Part shown: positions 12,801 to 26,270 of the stretch, piece after piece
How the letters are laid out: each line of letters opens with the position of its first letter
How positions within the stretch are numbered: position 1 is the stretch's first letter
Origin: Antedon mediterranea
Lineage: Eukaryota > Animalia > Echinodermata
Direction: 5' to 3'
Assembly: GCF_964355755.1 (NCBI RefSeq)
Contig: NC_092676.1
Coordinates: 12,324,771-12,388,770, forward strand
Length of the DNA: 64,000 bases
The notes under the pieces: model-generated
What the model was told of the DNA's origin: nothing
Database searches by the model: none
What the model saw: the letters and a program-made list of their open reading frames with translations, nothing else
Position numbers and translations under genes: made by a program

Positions 12801-15800
12801 GCTTCAAATCGTATTTGGAGAGGTTTTAGACCATTTTGTGCATTTCGATAAAACTTTTCACACAAAAACATCAAAGTGTACAAAATAGCTTCAAATCGCA
12901 TTTAGAGACGTTTTAGACCATTTTGTGCATTTCGATAAAACTTTTCACACAAAAACATCAAATTGCACAAAATAGCTTAATATCGTGTTTGAAAACGTTT
13001 TAAACCATTTTGAGCATGTCGATAAAACTTTTCACAAAAAAATATCAAAGTGCACAGAATATCTTCAAATCGCATTTAGAGACGTTTTAGACCATTTTGT
13101 GCATTTCGATGAAACTTGGTTACACAAAAACATCAAAGTGCTTAAAATCACATTTAAAACCGTTTTAGAGCGTTTTGAGCATTTCGATAAACTTTTTACA
13201 CAAAAACATCAAAGTGCACAAAATAGCTTCAAATCGCATTTAGAGATGTTTTAGACCATTTTGTGCATTTCGATAAAACTTTTCACACAAAAACATCAAA
13301 TTGCACAAAATAGCTTAATACCGTGTTTGAAATCATTTTAAACCATTTTGAGCATGTCGATAAAACTTTTCACACAAAAACATCAAAGTGCACAGAATAT
13401 CTTCAAATCGCATTTAGAGACGTTTTAGACCATTTTGTGCATTTCGAAAAAATTTGTTAACATAAAAAGACCAAAGTGTTTAGAATATCTCCAAATCGCA
13501 TTTGGAGACGTTTTAGACCATTTTGTGCATTTCGATGAAACTTGGTTACACAAAAACATCAAAGTGCTTAAAATCACATTTGAAACCGTTTTAGAGCATT
13601 TTGAGCATTTCGATAAAACTTTTCACACAAAAACATCAAAGTGTACAAAATAGCTTCAAATCACATTTGAAACCGTTTTAGACCATTTTGAGCATTTCGA
13701 TAAAACTTTTCACACAAAAACATCAAAGTGTACAAAATAGCTTCAAATCGCATTTGGAGACGTTTTAGACCATTTTGTGCATTTCGATGAAACTTGGTTA
13801 CACAAAAACATCAAAGTGCTTAAAATCACATTTGAAACCGTTTTAGAGCATTTTTAGCATTTCGATAATACTTTTCACACAAAAACATCAAAGTGTACAA
13901 AATAGCTTCAAATCGCATTTGGAGACGTTTTAGACCATTTTGTGCATTTCGATGAAACTTGGTTACACAAAAACATCAAAGTGCTTAAAATCACATTTGA
14001 AATCGTTTTAGACCATTTTGAGCATTTCGATAAAACTTTTCACACAAAAAAATCAAAGTGCACAAAATAGCTTCAAATCGCATTTGGAGACGTTTTAGAC
14101 TATTTTGTGCATTTCGAAAAAATTTGTTAACATAAAAAGACCAAAGTGTTTAGAATATCTCCAAATCGCATTTGGAGACGTTTTAAACCATTTTGTGCAT
14201 TTCGATGGAACTTGGTTACACAAAAACATCAAAGTGCTTAAAATCACATTTAAAACCCGTTTTAGAGCATTTTGAGCATTTCGATAAAACTTTTCACACA
14301 AAAACATCAAAGTGTACAAAATAGCTTCAAATCGCATTTAGAGAGGTTTTAGACCATTTTGTGCGTTTCGATAAAACTTTTCACACAAAAACATCAAAGT
14401 GCACAGAATAGCTTCAAATCGCATTTGGAGACGTTTTAGACCATTTTGTGCATTTCAAAAAAACTTTTTAACATAAAAACACCAAAGTGCTTAGAATCAC
14501 ATTTGAAACCGTTTTAGAGCATTTTGTGCATTTCGACGAAACTTGGTTACACAAAAACATCAAAGTGCTTAAAATCACATTTGAAACCGTTTTAGAGCAT
14601 TTTGAGCATTTCGATAAAACTTTTCACACAAAAACATCAAAGTGTACAAAATAGCTTCAAATCGCATTTAGAGAGGTTTTAGAGCATTTTGAGCATTTCG
14701 ATAAAACTTTTCACACAAAAACATCAAAGTGTACAAAAAAGCTTCAAATCACATTTGAAACCGTTTTAGACCATTTTGAGCATTTCGATAAAACTTTTCA
14801 CACAAAAACATCAAAGTGTACAAAATAGCTTCAAATCGCATTTGGAGACGTTTTAGACCATTTTGTGCATTTCGATGAAACTTGGTTACACAAAAACATC
14901 AAAGTGCTTAAAATCACATTTGAAACCGTTTTAGAGCATTTTTAGCATTTCGATAATACTTTTCACACAAAAACATCAAAGTGTACAAAATAGCTTCAAA
15001 TCGCATTTGGAGACGTTTTAGACCATTTTGTGCATTTCGATGAAACTTGGTTACACAAAAACATCAAAGTGCTTAAAATCACATTTGAAATCGTTTTAGA
15101 CCATTTTGAGCATTTCGATAAAACTTTTCACACAAAAAAATCAAAGTGCACAAAATAGCTTCAAATCGCATTTGGAGACGTTTTAGACTATTTTGTGCAT
15201 TTCGAAAAAATTTGTTAACATAAAAAGACCAAAGTGTTTAGAATATCTCCAAATCGCATTTGGAGACGTTTTAAACCATTTTGTGCATTTCGATGGAACT
15301 TGGTTACACAAAAACATCAAAGTGCTTAAAATCACATTTAAAACCGTTTTAGAGCATTTTGAGCATTTCGATAAAACTTTTCACACAAAAACATCAAAGT
15401 GTACAAAATAGCTTCAAATCGCATTTAGAGAGGTTTTAGACCATTTTGTGCATTTCGATAAAACTTTTCACACAAAAACATCAAAGTGTACAAAATAGCT
15501 TCAAATCGCATTTAGAGACGTTTTAGACCATTTTGTGCATTTCGTTAAAACTTTTCACACAAAAACATCAAATTGCACAAAATAGCTTAATATCGTGTTT
15601 GAAAACGTTTTAAACCATTTTGAGCATGTCGATAAAACTTTTCACACAAAAATATCAAAGTGCACCGAATATCTTCAAATCGCATTTAGAGACGTTTTAG
15701 ACCATTTTGTGCATTTCGGAAAAATTTGTTAACATAAAAAGACCAAAGTGTTTAGAATATCTCCAAATCGCATTTGGAGACGTTTTAGACCATTTTGTGC

Positions 15801-18800
15801 ATTTCGATGAAACTTGGTTACACAAAAACATCAAAGTGCTTAAAATCACATTTAAAACCGTTTTAGAGCGTTTTGAGCATTTCGATAAACTTTTCACACA
15901 AAAACATCAAAGTGCACAAAATAGCTTAAAATCGCATTTAGAGATGTTTTAGACCATTTTGTGCATTTCGATAAAACTTTTCACACAAAAACATCAAATT
16001 TCACAAAATAGCTTAATATCGTGTTTGAAAACGTTTTAAACCATTTTGAGCATGTCGATAAAACTTTTCACACAAAAATATCAAAGTGCACAGAGTAGCT
16101 TCAATTCGCATTTGGAGACGTTTTAGACCATTTTGTGCATTTTGATAAAACTTTTCACACAAAAACATCAAATTGCACAAAATAGCTTAATATCGTGTTT
16201 GAAAACGTTTTAAACCATTTTGAGCATGTCGATAAAACTTTTCACTCAAAAATATCAAAGTGCACAGAATATCTTCAAATCGCATTTAGAGACGTTTTAG
16301 ACCATTTTGTGCATTTCGAAAAAATTTGTTAACATAAAAAGACCAAAGTGTTTAGAATATCTCCAAATCGCATTTGGAGACGTTTTAGACCATTTTGTGT
16401 TTTTCGAAAAAACTTTTCACACAAAAACATCAAAGTGTACAAAATTGCTTCAAATCGCATTTGGAGACGTTTTAGACCATTTTGTGATTTTCGAAAAACT
16501 TTTCACACAAAAACATCAAAGTGTAGAAAATTGCTTCAAATCGCATTTAGAGACGTTTTAGACCATTTTGTGCATTTCGAAAAAATTTGTTAACATAAAA
16601 AGACCAAAGTGTTTAGAATATCTCCAAATCGCATTTGGAGACGTTTTAGACCATTTTGTGTTTTTCGAAAAACTTTTCACACAAAAACAACAAAGTGTAG
16701 AAAATTCCTTCAAATCGCATTTAGAGACGTTTTAGACCATTTTGTGCATTTCGAAAAAACTTTTTAAAATAAAAACACCAAAGTGCTTAGAATAGCTTCA
16801 AATCGCATTTGGAGACGTTTTAGACCATTTTGTGCATTTCGATGCAACTTGGTTACACAAAAACATCAAAGTGCTTAAAATCACATTTGAAACCGTTTTA
16901 GAGCATTTTGAGCATTTCGATAAAACTTTTCACACAAAAACATCAAAGTGTACAAAATAGCTTCAAATCACATTTGAAACCGTTTTAGACCATTTTTAGC
17001 ATTTCGATAAAACTTTTCACACAAAAACATCAAAGTGTACAAAATAGCTTCAAATCGCATTTGGAGACGTTTTAGACCATTTTGTGCATTTCGATGAAAC
17101 TTGGTTACACAAAAACATCAAAGTGCTTAAAATTACAATTGAAAGCGTTTTAGAGCATTTTGAGCATTTCGATAATACTTTTCACACAAAAACATCAAAG
17201 TTTACAAAATAGCTTCAAATCGCATTTGGAGACGTTTTAGACCATTTTGGGCATTTCGAAGAAACTTGGTTACACAAAAACATCAAAGTGCTTAAAATCA
17301 CATTTGAAACCGTTTTAGACCATTTTGAGCGTTTCGATAAAACTTTTCACACAAAAAAATCAGAGTGCACAAAATTTCTTCAAATCGCATTTGGAGACGT
17401 TTTAGACTATTTTGTGCATTTCGAAAAAATTTGTTAACATAAAAAGACCAAAGTGTTTAGAATATCTCCAAATCGCATTTGGAGACGTTTTAAACCATTT
17501 TGTGCATTTCGATGGAACTTGGTTACACAAAAACATCAAAGTGCTTAAAATCACATTTAAAACCGTTTTAGAGCATTTTGAGCATTTCGATAAAACTTTT
17601 CACACAAAAACATCAAAGTGTACAAAATAGCTTCAAATCGCATTTAGAGAGGTTTTAGACCATTTTGTGCATTTCGATAAAACTTTTCACACAAAAACAT
17701 CAAAGTGTACAAAATAGCTTCAAATCGCATTTAGAGACGTTTTAGACCATTTTGTGCATTTTGATAAAACTTTTCACACAAAAACATCAAATTGCACAAA
17801 ATAGCTTAATACCGTGTTTGAAATCGTTTTAAACCATTTTGAGCATGTCGATAAAACTTTTCACAAAAAAACATCAAAGTGCACAGAATAGCTTCAAATC
17901 GCATTTGGAGACGTTTTAAACCATTTTGTGCATTTCGATAAAACTTTTCACATAAAAACATCAAAGTGTACAAAATAGCTTCAAATCGCATTTAGAGACG
18001 TTTTAGACCATTTTGGGCATTTCGATGAAACTTGGTTACACAAATACATAAAAGTGCTTAAAATCACATTGCAAACCGTTTTAGAGCATTTTGAGCATTT
18101 CTATAAAACTTTTCACACAAAAACATCAAAGTGCACAAAATAGCTTCAAATCGCATTTAGAGATGTTTTAGACCATTTTGTGCAATTCGATAAAACTTTT
18201 CATACAAAAACATCAAATTGCACAAAATAGCTTAATATCGTGTTTGAAAACGTTTTAGACCATTTTGAGCATGTCGATAAAACTTTTCACACAAAAACAT
18301 AAAAGTGAACAGAATAGCTTCAAATTGCATTTGGAGACGTTTTAGAGCATTGTGTGCATTTCGATAAAATGTGTTAACATAAAAAGACCAAAGTGTTTAG
18401 AATATCTTCAAATCACATTTGGAGACGTTTTAGACCATTTTTTGCATTTCGATGAAACTTGGTTACACAAAAACATCAAAGTGCTTAAAATCACATTTAA
18501 AACCGTTTTAGAGCATTTTGAGCATTTCGATAAAACTTTTCACACAAAAACATCAAAGTGTACAAAATAGCTTCAAATCACATTTGAAACCGTTTTAGAC
18601 CATTTTGAGCATTTCGATAAAACTTTTCACACAAAAACATCAAAGTGTACAAAATAGCTTCAAATCGCATTTGGAGACGTTTTAGACCATTTTGTGCATT
18701 TCGATGAAACTTGGTTACACAAAAACATCAAAGTGCTTAAAATCACATTTGAAACCGTTTTAGAGCATTTTTAGCATTTCGATAAATACTTTTCACACAA

Positions 18801-19926
18801 AAACATCAAGGTGTACAAAATAGCTTCAAATCGCATTTGGAGACGTTTTAGACCATTTTGTGCATTTCGATGAAACTTGGTTACAAAAAAACATCAAAGT
18901 GCTTAAAATCACATTTGAAACCGTTTTAGACCATTTTGAGCATTTCGATAAAACTTTTCACACAAAAACATCAAATTGCACAAAATAGCTTAATATCGTG
19001 TTTGAAAACGTTTTAGACCATTTTGAGCATGTCGATAAAACTTTTCACACAAAAACATAAAAGTGAACAGAATAGCTTCAAATTGCATTTGGAGACCTTT
19101 TAGAGCATTTTGTGCATTTCGATAAAATGTGTTAATATAAAAAGACCAAAGTGTTTAGAATATCTTCAAATCACATTTGGAGACGTTTTAGACCATTTTT
19201 TGCATTTCGATGAAACTTGGTTACACAAAAACATCAAAGTGCTTAAAATCACATTTAAAACCGTTTTAGAGCATTTTGAGCATTTCGATAAAACTTTTCA
19301 CACAAAAACATCAAAGTGTACAAAATAGCTTCAAATCGAATTTAGAGAGGTTTTAGACAATTTTGTGCATTTCGATAAAACTTTTCACACAAAAACATCA
19401 AAGTGTACAAAATAACTTCAAATCCCATTTAGAGACGTTTTAGACCATTTTGTGCATTTTGATAAAACTTTTCACACAAAAACATCAAATTGCACAAAAT
19501 AGCTTAATACCGTGTTTGAAATCGTTTTAAACCATTTTGAGCATGTCGATAAAACTTTTCACAAAAAAACATCAAAGTGCACAGAGTAGCTTCAAATCGC
19601 ATTTGGAGACGTTTTAAACCATTTTGTGCATTTCGATAAAACTTTTCACATAAAAACATGAAAGTGTACAAAATAGCTTCAAATCGCATTTAGAGACGTT
19701 TTAGACCATTTTGGGCATTTCGATGAAACTTAGTTACACAAATACATAAAAGTCCTTAAAATCACATTTCAAACCGTTTTAGAGCATTTTGAGCATTTCG
19801 ATAAAACTTTTCACACAAAAACATCAAAGTGCACAAAATAGCTTCAAATCGCATTTAGAGATGTTTTAGACCATTTTGTGCAATTCGATAAAACTTTTCA
19901 CACAAAAACATCAAATTGCACAAAAT

Positions 19927-20124
19927 AAATGCAATTTGAAGCTATTCTGTTCACTTTTATGTTTTTGTGTGAAAAGTTTTATCGACATGCTCAAAATGGT
20001 CTAAAACGTTTTCAAACACGATATTAATATCGTGTTTGAAAACGTTTTAGACCATTTTGAGCATGTCGATAAAACTTTTCACACAAAAACATAAAAGTGA
20101 ACAGAATAGCTTCAAATTGCATTT
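19927..20124. repeat. Perfect 198-bp spacerless palindrome (99-bp arms), copy 1: inverted satellite segment
   Basis: 19927-20025 (aaatgcaatttgaagctattctgttcac...caaacacgatatt) is the exact reverse complement of 20026-20124 (aatatcgtgtttg...gcttcaaattgcattt), checked base by base. The centre is ATATT|AATAT. Confidence 0.97.
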
Positions 20125-20960
20125 GGAGACCTTTTAGAGCATTTTGTGCATTTCGATAAAATGTGTTAATATAAAAAGACCAAAGTGTTTAGAATATCTT
20201 CAAATCACATTTGGAGACGTTTTAGACCATTTTTTGCATTTCGATGAAACTTGGTTACACAAAAACATCAAAGTGCTTAAAATCACATTTAAAACCGTTT
20301 TAGAGCATTTTGAGCATTTCGATAAAACTTTTCACACAAAAACATCAAAGTGTACAAAATAGCTTCAAATCGAATTTAGAGAGGTTTTAGACAATTTTGT
20401 GCATTTCGATAAAACTTTTCACACAAAAACATCAAAGTGTACAAAATAACTTCAAATCGCATTTAGAGACGTTTTAGACCATTTTGTGCTTTTTAATAAA
20501 ACTTTTCACACAAAAACATCAAATTGCACAAAATAGCTTAATACCGTGTTTGAAATCGTTTTAAACCATTTTGAGCATGTCGATAAAACTTTTCACAAAA
20601 AAACATCAAAGTGCACAGAATAGCTTCAAATCGCATTTGGAGACGTTTTAAACCATTTTGTGCATTTCGATAAAACTTTTCACATAAAAACATGAAAGTG
20701 TACAAAATAGCTTCAAATCGCATTTAGAGACGTTTTAGACCATTTTGGGCATTTCGATGAAACTTAGTTACACAAATACATAAAAGTCCTTAAAATCACA
20801 TTTCAAACCGTTTTAGAGCATTTTGAGCATTTCGATAAAACTTTTCACACAAAAACATCAAAGTGCACAAAATAGCTTCAAATCGCATTTAGAGATGTTT
20901 AAGACCATTTTGTGCAATTCGATAAAACTTTTCACACAAAAACATCAAATTGCACAAAAT

Positions 20961-21158
20961 AAATGCAATTTGAAGCTATTCTGTTCACTTTTATGTTTTT
21001 GTGTGAAAAGTTTTATCGACATGCTCAAAATGGTCTAAAACGTTTTCAAACACGATATTAATATCGTGTTTGAAAACGTTTTAGACCATTTTGAGCATGT
21101 CGATAAAACTTTTCACACAAAAACATAAAAGTGAACAGAATAGCTTCAAATTGCATTT
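20961..21158. repeat. Perfect 198-bp spacerless palindrome, copy 2
   Basis: Same sequence as copy 1 at +1034 bp, with the centre between 21059 and 21060. Confidence 0.97.
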
Positions 21159-24100
21159 GGAGACGTTTTAGAGCATTTTGTGCATTTCGATAAAATGTGT
21201 TAACATAAAAAGACCAAAGTGTTTAGAATATCTTCAAATAACATTTGGAGACGTTTTAGACCATTTTTTGCATTTCGATGAAACTTGGTTACACAAAAAC
21301 ATCAAAGTGCTTAAAATCACATTTAAAACCGTTTCAGAGCATTTTGAGCATTTCGATAAAACTTTTCACACAAAAACAACAAAGTTTACAAAATAGCTTC
21401 AAATCGCATTTAGAGAGGTTTTAGACCATTTTGTGCATTTCGATAAAACTTTTCACACAAAAACATCAAAGTGTACAAAATAACTTCAAATCGCATTTAG
21501 AGACGTTTTAGACCATTTTGTGCATTTTGGTAAAACTTTTCACACAAAAACATCAAATTGCACAAAATAGCTTAATATCGTGTTTGAAAACGTTTTAAAC
21601 CATTTTGAGCATGTCGATAAAACTTTTCACACAAAAATATCAAAGTGCACAGAATAGCTTCAAATCGCATTTGGAGACGTTTTAGACCATTTTGTGCATT
21701 TTGATAAAACTTTTCACACAAAAACATCAAATTGCACAAAATAGCTTAATATCGTGTTTGAAAACGTTTTAAACCATTTTGAGCATGTCGATAAAACTTT
21801 TCACTCAAAAATATCAAAGTGCACAGAATATCTTCAAATCGCATTTAGAGACGTTTTAGACCATTTTGTGCATTTCGAAAAAATTTGTTAACATAAAAAG
21901 ACCAAAGTGTTTAGAATATCTCCAAATCGCATTTGGAGACGTTTTAGACCATTTTGTGTTTTTCGAAAAAACTTTTCACACAAAAACATCAAAGTGTACA
22001 AAATTGCTTCAAATCGCATTTGGAGACGTTTTAGACCATTTTGCGATTTTCGAAAAACTTTTCACACAAAAACATCAAAGTGTAGAAAATTGCTTCAAAT
22101 CGCATTTAGAGACGTTTTATACCATTTTGTGCATTTCGAAACAATTTGTTAACATAAAAAGAGCAAAGTGTTTAGAATATTTCCAAATCGCATTTGGAGA
22201 CGTTTTAGACCATTTTGTGCATTTCGATGAAACTTGGTTACACAAAAACATCAAAGTGCTTAAAATCACATTTAAAACCGTTTTAGAGCGTTTTGAGCAT
22301 TTCAATAAACTTTTCACACAAAAACATCAAAGTGCACAAAATAGCATTTAGAGATGTTTTAGACCATTTTGTGCATTTCGATAAAACTTTTCACACAAAA
22401 ACATCAAATTGCACAAAAAAGCTTAATACCGTGTTTGAAATCGTTTTAAACCAATTTGAGCATGTCGATAAAACTTTTCACACAAAAACATCAAAGTGCA
22501 CAGAATATCTTCAAATCGCATTTAGAGACGTTTTAGACCATTTTGTGCATTTCGAAAAAATTTGTTAACATAAAAAGACCAAAGTGTTTAGAATATCTCC
22601 AAATCGCATTTGGAGACGTTTTAGACCATTTTGTGCATTTCGATGAAACTTGGTTACACAAAAACATCAAAGTGCTTAAAATCACATTTGAAACCGTTTT
22701 AGAGCATTTTGAGCATTTCGATAAAACTTTTCACACAAAAACATCAAAGTGTAGAAAATTGCTTCAAATCGCATTTGGAGACGTTTTAGACTATTTTGTG
22801 CATTTCGAAAAAATTTGTTAACATAAAAAGACCAAAGTGTTTAGAATATCTCCAAATCGCATTTGGAGACGTTTTAAACCATTTTGTGCATTTCGATGGA
22901 ACTTGGTTACAACAAAAACATCAAAGTGCTTAAAATCACATTTAAAACCGTTTTAGAGCATTTTGAGCATTTCGATAAAACTTTTCACACAAAAACATCA
23001 AAGTGTACAAAATAACTTCAAATCGCATTTAGAGACGTTTTAGACCATTTTGTGCATTTTGATAAAACTTTTCACACAAAAACATCAAATTGCACAAAAT
23101 AGCTTAATATCGTGTTTGAAAACGTTTTAAACCATTTTGAGCATGTCGATAAAACTTTTCACATAAAAATATCAAAGTGCACAGAATAGCTTCAAATCGC
23201 ATTTGGAGACGTTTTAGACCATTTTGTGCATTTCGATGAAACTTGGTTACACAAAAACATCAAATTGCACAAAATAGCTTAATATCGTGTTTGAAAACGT
23301 TTTAAACCATTTTGAGCATGTCGATAAAACTTTTCACTCAAAAATATCAAAGTGCACAGAATATCTTCAAATCGCATTTAGAGACGTTTTAGACCATTTT
23401 GTGCATTTCGAAAAAATTTGTTAACATAAAAAGACCAAAGTGTTTAGAATATCTCCAAATCGCATTTGGAGACGTTTTAGACCATTTTGTGCATTTCGAA
23501 AAAATTTGTTAACATAAAAAGACCAAAGTGTTTAGAATATCTCCAAATCGCATTTGGAGACGTTTTAGACCATTTTGTGCATTTCGATGAAACTTGGTTA
23601 CATAAAAACATCAAAGTGCTTAAAATCACATTTAAAACCGTTTTAGAGCGTTTTGAGCATTTCAATAAACTTTTCACACAAAAACATCAAAGTGCACAAA
23701 ATAGCTTCAAATCGCATTTAGAGATGTTTTAGACCATTTTGTGCATTTCGAAAAAACTTTTCACACAAAAACATCAAATTGCACACAATAGCTTAATACC
23801 GTGTTTGAAATCGTTTTAAACCATTTTGAGCATGTCGATAAAACTTTTCACACAAAAACATCAAAGTGCACAGAATATCTTCAAATCGCATATAGAGACG
23901 TTTTAGACCATTTTGTGCATTTCGAAAAAATTTGTTAACATTAAAAGACCAATGTGTTTAGAATATCTCCAAATCGCATTTGGAGACGTTTTAGACCATT
24001 TTGTGCATTTCGATGAAACTTGGTTACACAAAAACATCAAAGTGCTTAAAATCACATTTGAAACCGTTTTAGAGCATTTTGAGCATTTCGATAAAACTTT

Positions 24101-24819
24101 TCACACAAAAACATCAAAGTGTACAAAATAGCTTCAAATCACATTTGAAACCGTTTTAGACCATTTTGAGCATTTCGATAAAACTTTTCACACAAAAACA
24201 TCAAAGTGTACAAAATGGCTTCAAATCGCATTTGGAGACGTTTTAGAGCATTTTGAGCATTTCGATAAAACTTTTCACACAAAAACATCAAAGTGTACAA
24301 AATAACTTCAAATCGCATTTAGAGACGTTTTAGACCATTTTGTGCATTTTGATAAAACTTTTCACACAAAAACATCAAATTGCACAAAATAGCTTAATAT
24401 CGTGTTTGAAAACGTTTAAAACCATTTTGAGCATGTCGATAAAACTTTTCACATAAAAATATCAAAGTGCACAGAATAGCTTCAAATCGGATTTGGAGAC
24501 GTTTTAGACCATTTTGTGCATTTTGTTAAAACTTTTCACACAAAAACATCAAATTGCACAAAATAGCTTAATATCGTGTTTGAAAACGTTTTAAACCATT
24601 TTGAGCATGTCGATAAAACTTTTCACTCAAAAATATCAAAGTGCACAGAATATCTTCAAATCGCATTTAGAGACGTTTTAGACCATTTTGTGCATTTCGA
24701 AAAAATTTGTTAACATAAAAAGACCAAAGTGTTTAGAATATCTCCAAATCGCATTTGGAGACGTTTTAAACCATTTTGTGCATTTCGATGGAACTTGGTT
24801 ACACAAAAACATCAAAGTG

Positions 24820-26270
24820 CTTAAAATCACATTTAAAACCGTTTTAGAGCATTTTGAGCATTTCGATAAAACTTTTCACACAAAAACATCAAAGTGTACA
24901 AAATAGCTTCAAATCGCATTTAGAGAGGTTTTAGACCATTTTGTGCATTTCGATAAAACTTTACACACAAAAACATCAAAGTGTACAAAATAGCTTCAAA
25001 TCGCATTTAGAGACGTTTTAGACCATTTTGTGCATTTCGATAAAACTTTTCACACAAAAACATCAAATTGCACAAAATAGCTTAATATCGTGTTTAAAAC
25101 CGTTTTTACCATTTTGAGCATTTCGATAAACTTTTCACACAAAAACATCAAAGTGCACAAAATAGCTTCAAATCGCATTTAGAGATGTTTTAGAACATTT
25201 TGTGCATTTCGATAAAATTTTTCACACAAAAACATCAAATTGCACAAAAAAGCTTAATACCGTGTTTGAAATCGTTTTAAACCAATTTGAGCATGTCGAT
25301 AAAACTTTTCACACAAAAACATCAAAGTGCACAGAATATCTTCAAATCGCATTTAGAGACGTTTTAGACCATTTTGGGCATTTCGATGAAACTTGGTTAC
25401 ACAAATACATAAAAGTGCTTAAAATCACATTTAAAACCGTTTTAGAGCATTTTGAGCATTTCGATAAAACTTTTCACACAAAAACATCAAAGTGTACAAA
25501 ATAGCTTCAAATCGCATTTAGAGAGGTTTTAGACCATTTTGTGCATTTCGATAAAACTTTTCACACAAAAACATCAAAGTGTACAAAATAGCTTCAAATC
25601 GCATTTAGAGAGGTTTTAGACCATTTTGTGCATTTCGATAAAACTTTACACACAAAAACATCAAAGTGTACAAAATAGCTTCAAATCGCATTTAGAGACG
25701 TTTTAGACCATTTTGTGCATTTCGATAAAACTTTTCACACAAAAACATCAAATTGCACAAAATAGCTTAATATCGTGTTTAAAACCGTTTTTACCATTTT
25801 GAGCATTTCGATAAACTTTTCACACAAAAACATCAAAGTGCACAAAATAGCTTCAAATCGCATTTAGAGATGTTTTAGAACATTTTGTGCATTTCGATAA
25901 AAATTTTCACACAAAAACATCAAATTGCACAAAAAAGCTTAATACCGTGTTTGAAATCGTTTTAAACCAATTTGAGCATGTCGATAAAACTTTTCACACA
26001 AAAACATCAAAGTGCACAGAATATCTTCAAATCGCATTTAGAGACGTTTTAGACCATTTTGGGCATTTCGATGAAACTTGGTTACACAAATACATAAAAG
26101 TGCTTAAAATCACATTTAAAACCGTTTTAGAGCATTTTGAGCATTTCGATAAAACTTTTCACACAAAAACATCAAAGTGTACAAAATAGCTTCAAATCGC
26201 ATTTAGAGAGGTTTTAGACCATTTTGTGCATTTCGATAAAACTTTTCACACAAAAACATCAAAGTGTACA
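24820..26270 (+). repeat. Local tandem duplication, period 685 bp (approximate bounds)
   Basis: ORFs 25202->25887. Shared variants are cgtttttacc, tagaacatt, ttttgggcat and caaatacataaaag. Confidence 0.82.

Larger units (their letters stand above)
1..13640 (+). repeat. Large segmental duplication inside the array, copy A (may extend left of the window)
   Basis: ORF starts map at a constant +39129 (26->39155, 1018->40147, 5221->44350, 10440->49569, 13435->52564), and rare variants are shared in the same order. Confidence 0.93.
18990..21400 (+). repeat. Local tandem higher-order repeat, period 1034 bp (~2.3 copies), carrying the palindromes
   Basis: ORFs 19110->20144->21178 and 19504->20538. 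Shared variants are aatcgaattt, catgaaag, acttagtta, aagtcctta and gcaattcg. Confidence 0.9.

Noticed and set aside
16660-16673. Short perfect palindrome gtttttcgaaaaac and similar hairpins as terminators or regulatory sites
   Set aside because: These are point variants of the monomer's TTTCGAAA site in a gene-free context.
19927-21158. Palindromes as MITE/piggyBac (TTAA) insertions, hairpin-telomere resolution sites or miRNA genes
   Set aside because: The arms consist purely of satellite sequence, with no target-site duplication, no foreign internal sequence and no resolvase or transposase nearby. A hairpin RNA source is possible if transcribed, but there is no evidence of transcription in the sequence.
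21866-22351. Longest ORF (161 aa) as a repeat-protein or zinc-finger-like gene
   Set aside because: It arises from a single ttttag->ttttat change removing a stop present in sister copies (26, 26572, 39155). The C/H spacing does not fit a C2H2 motif.
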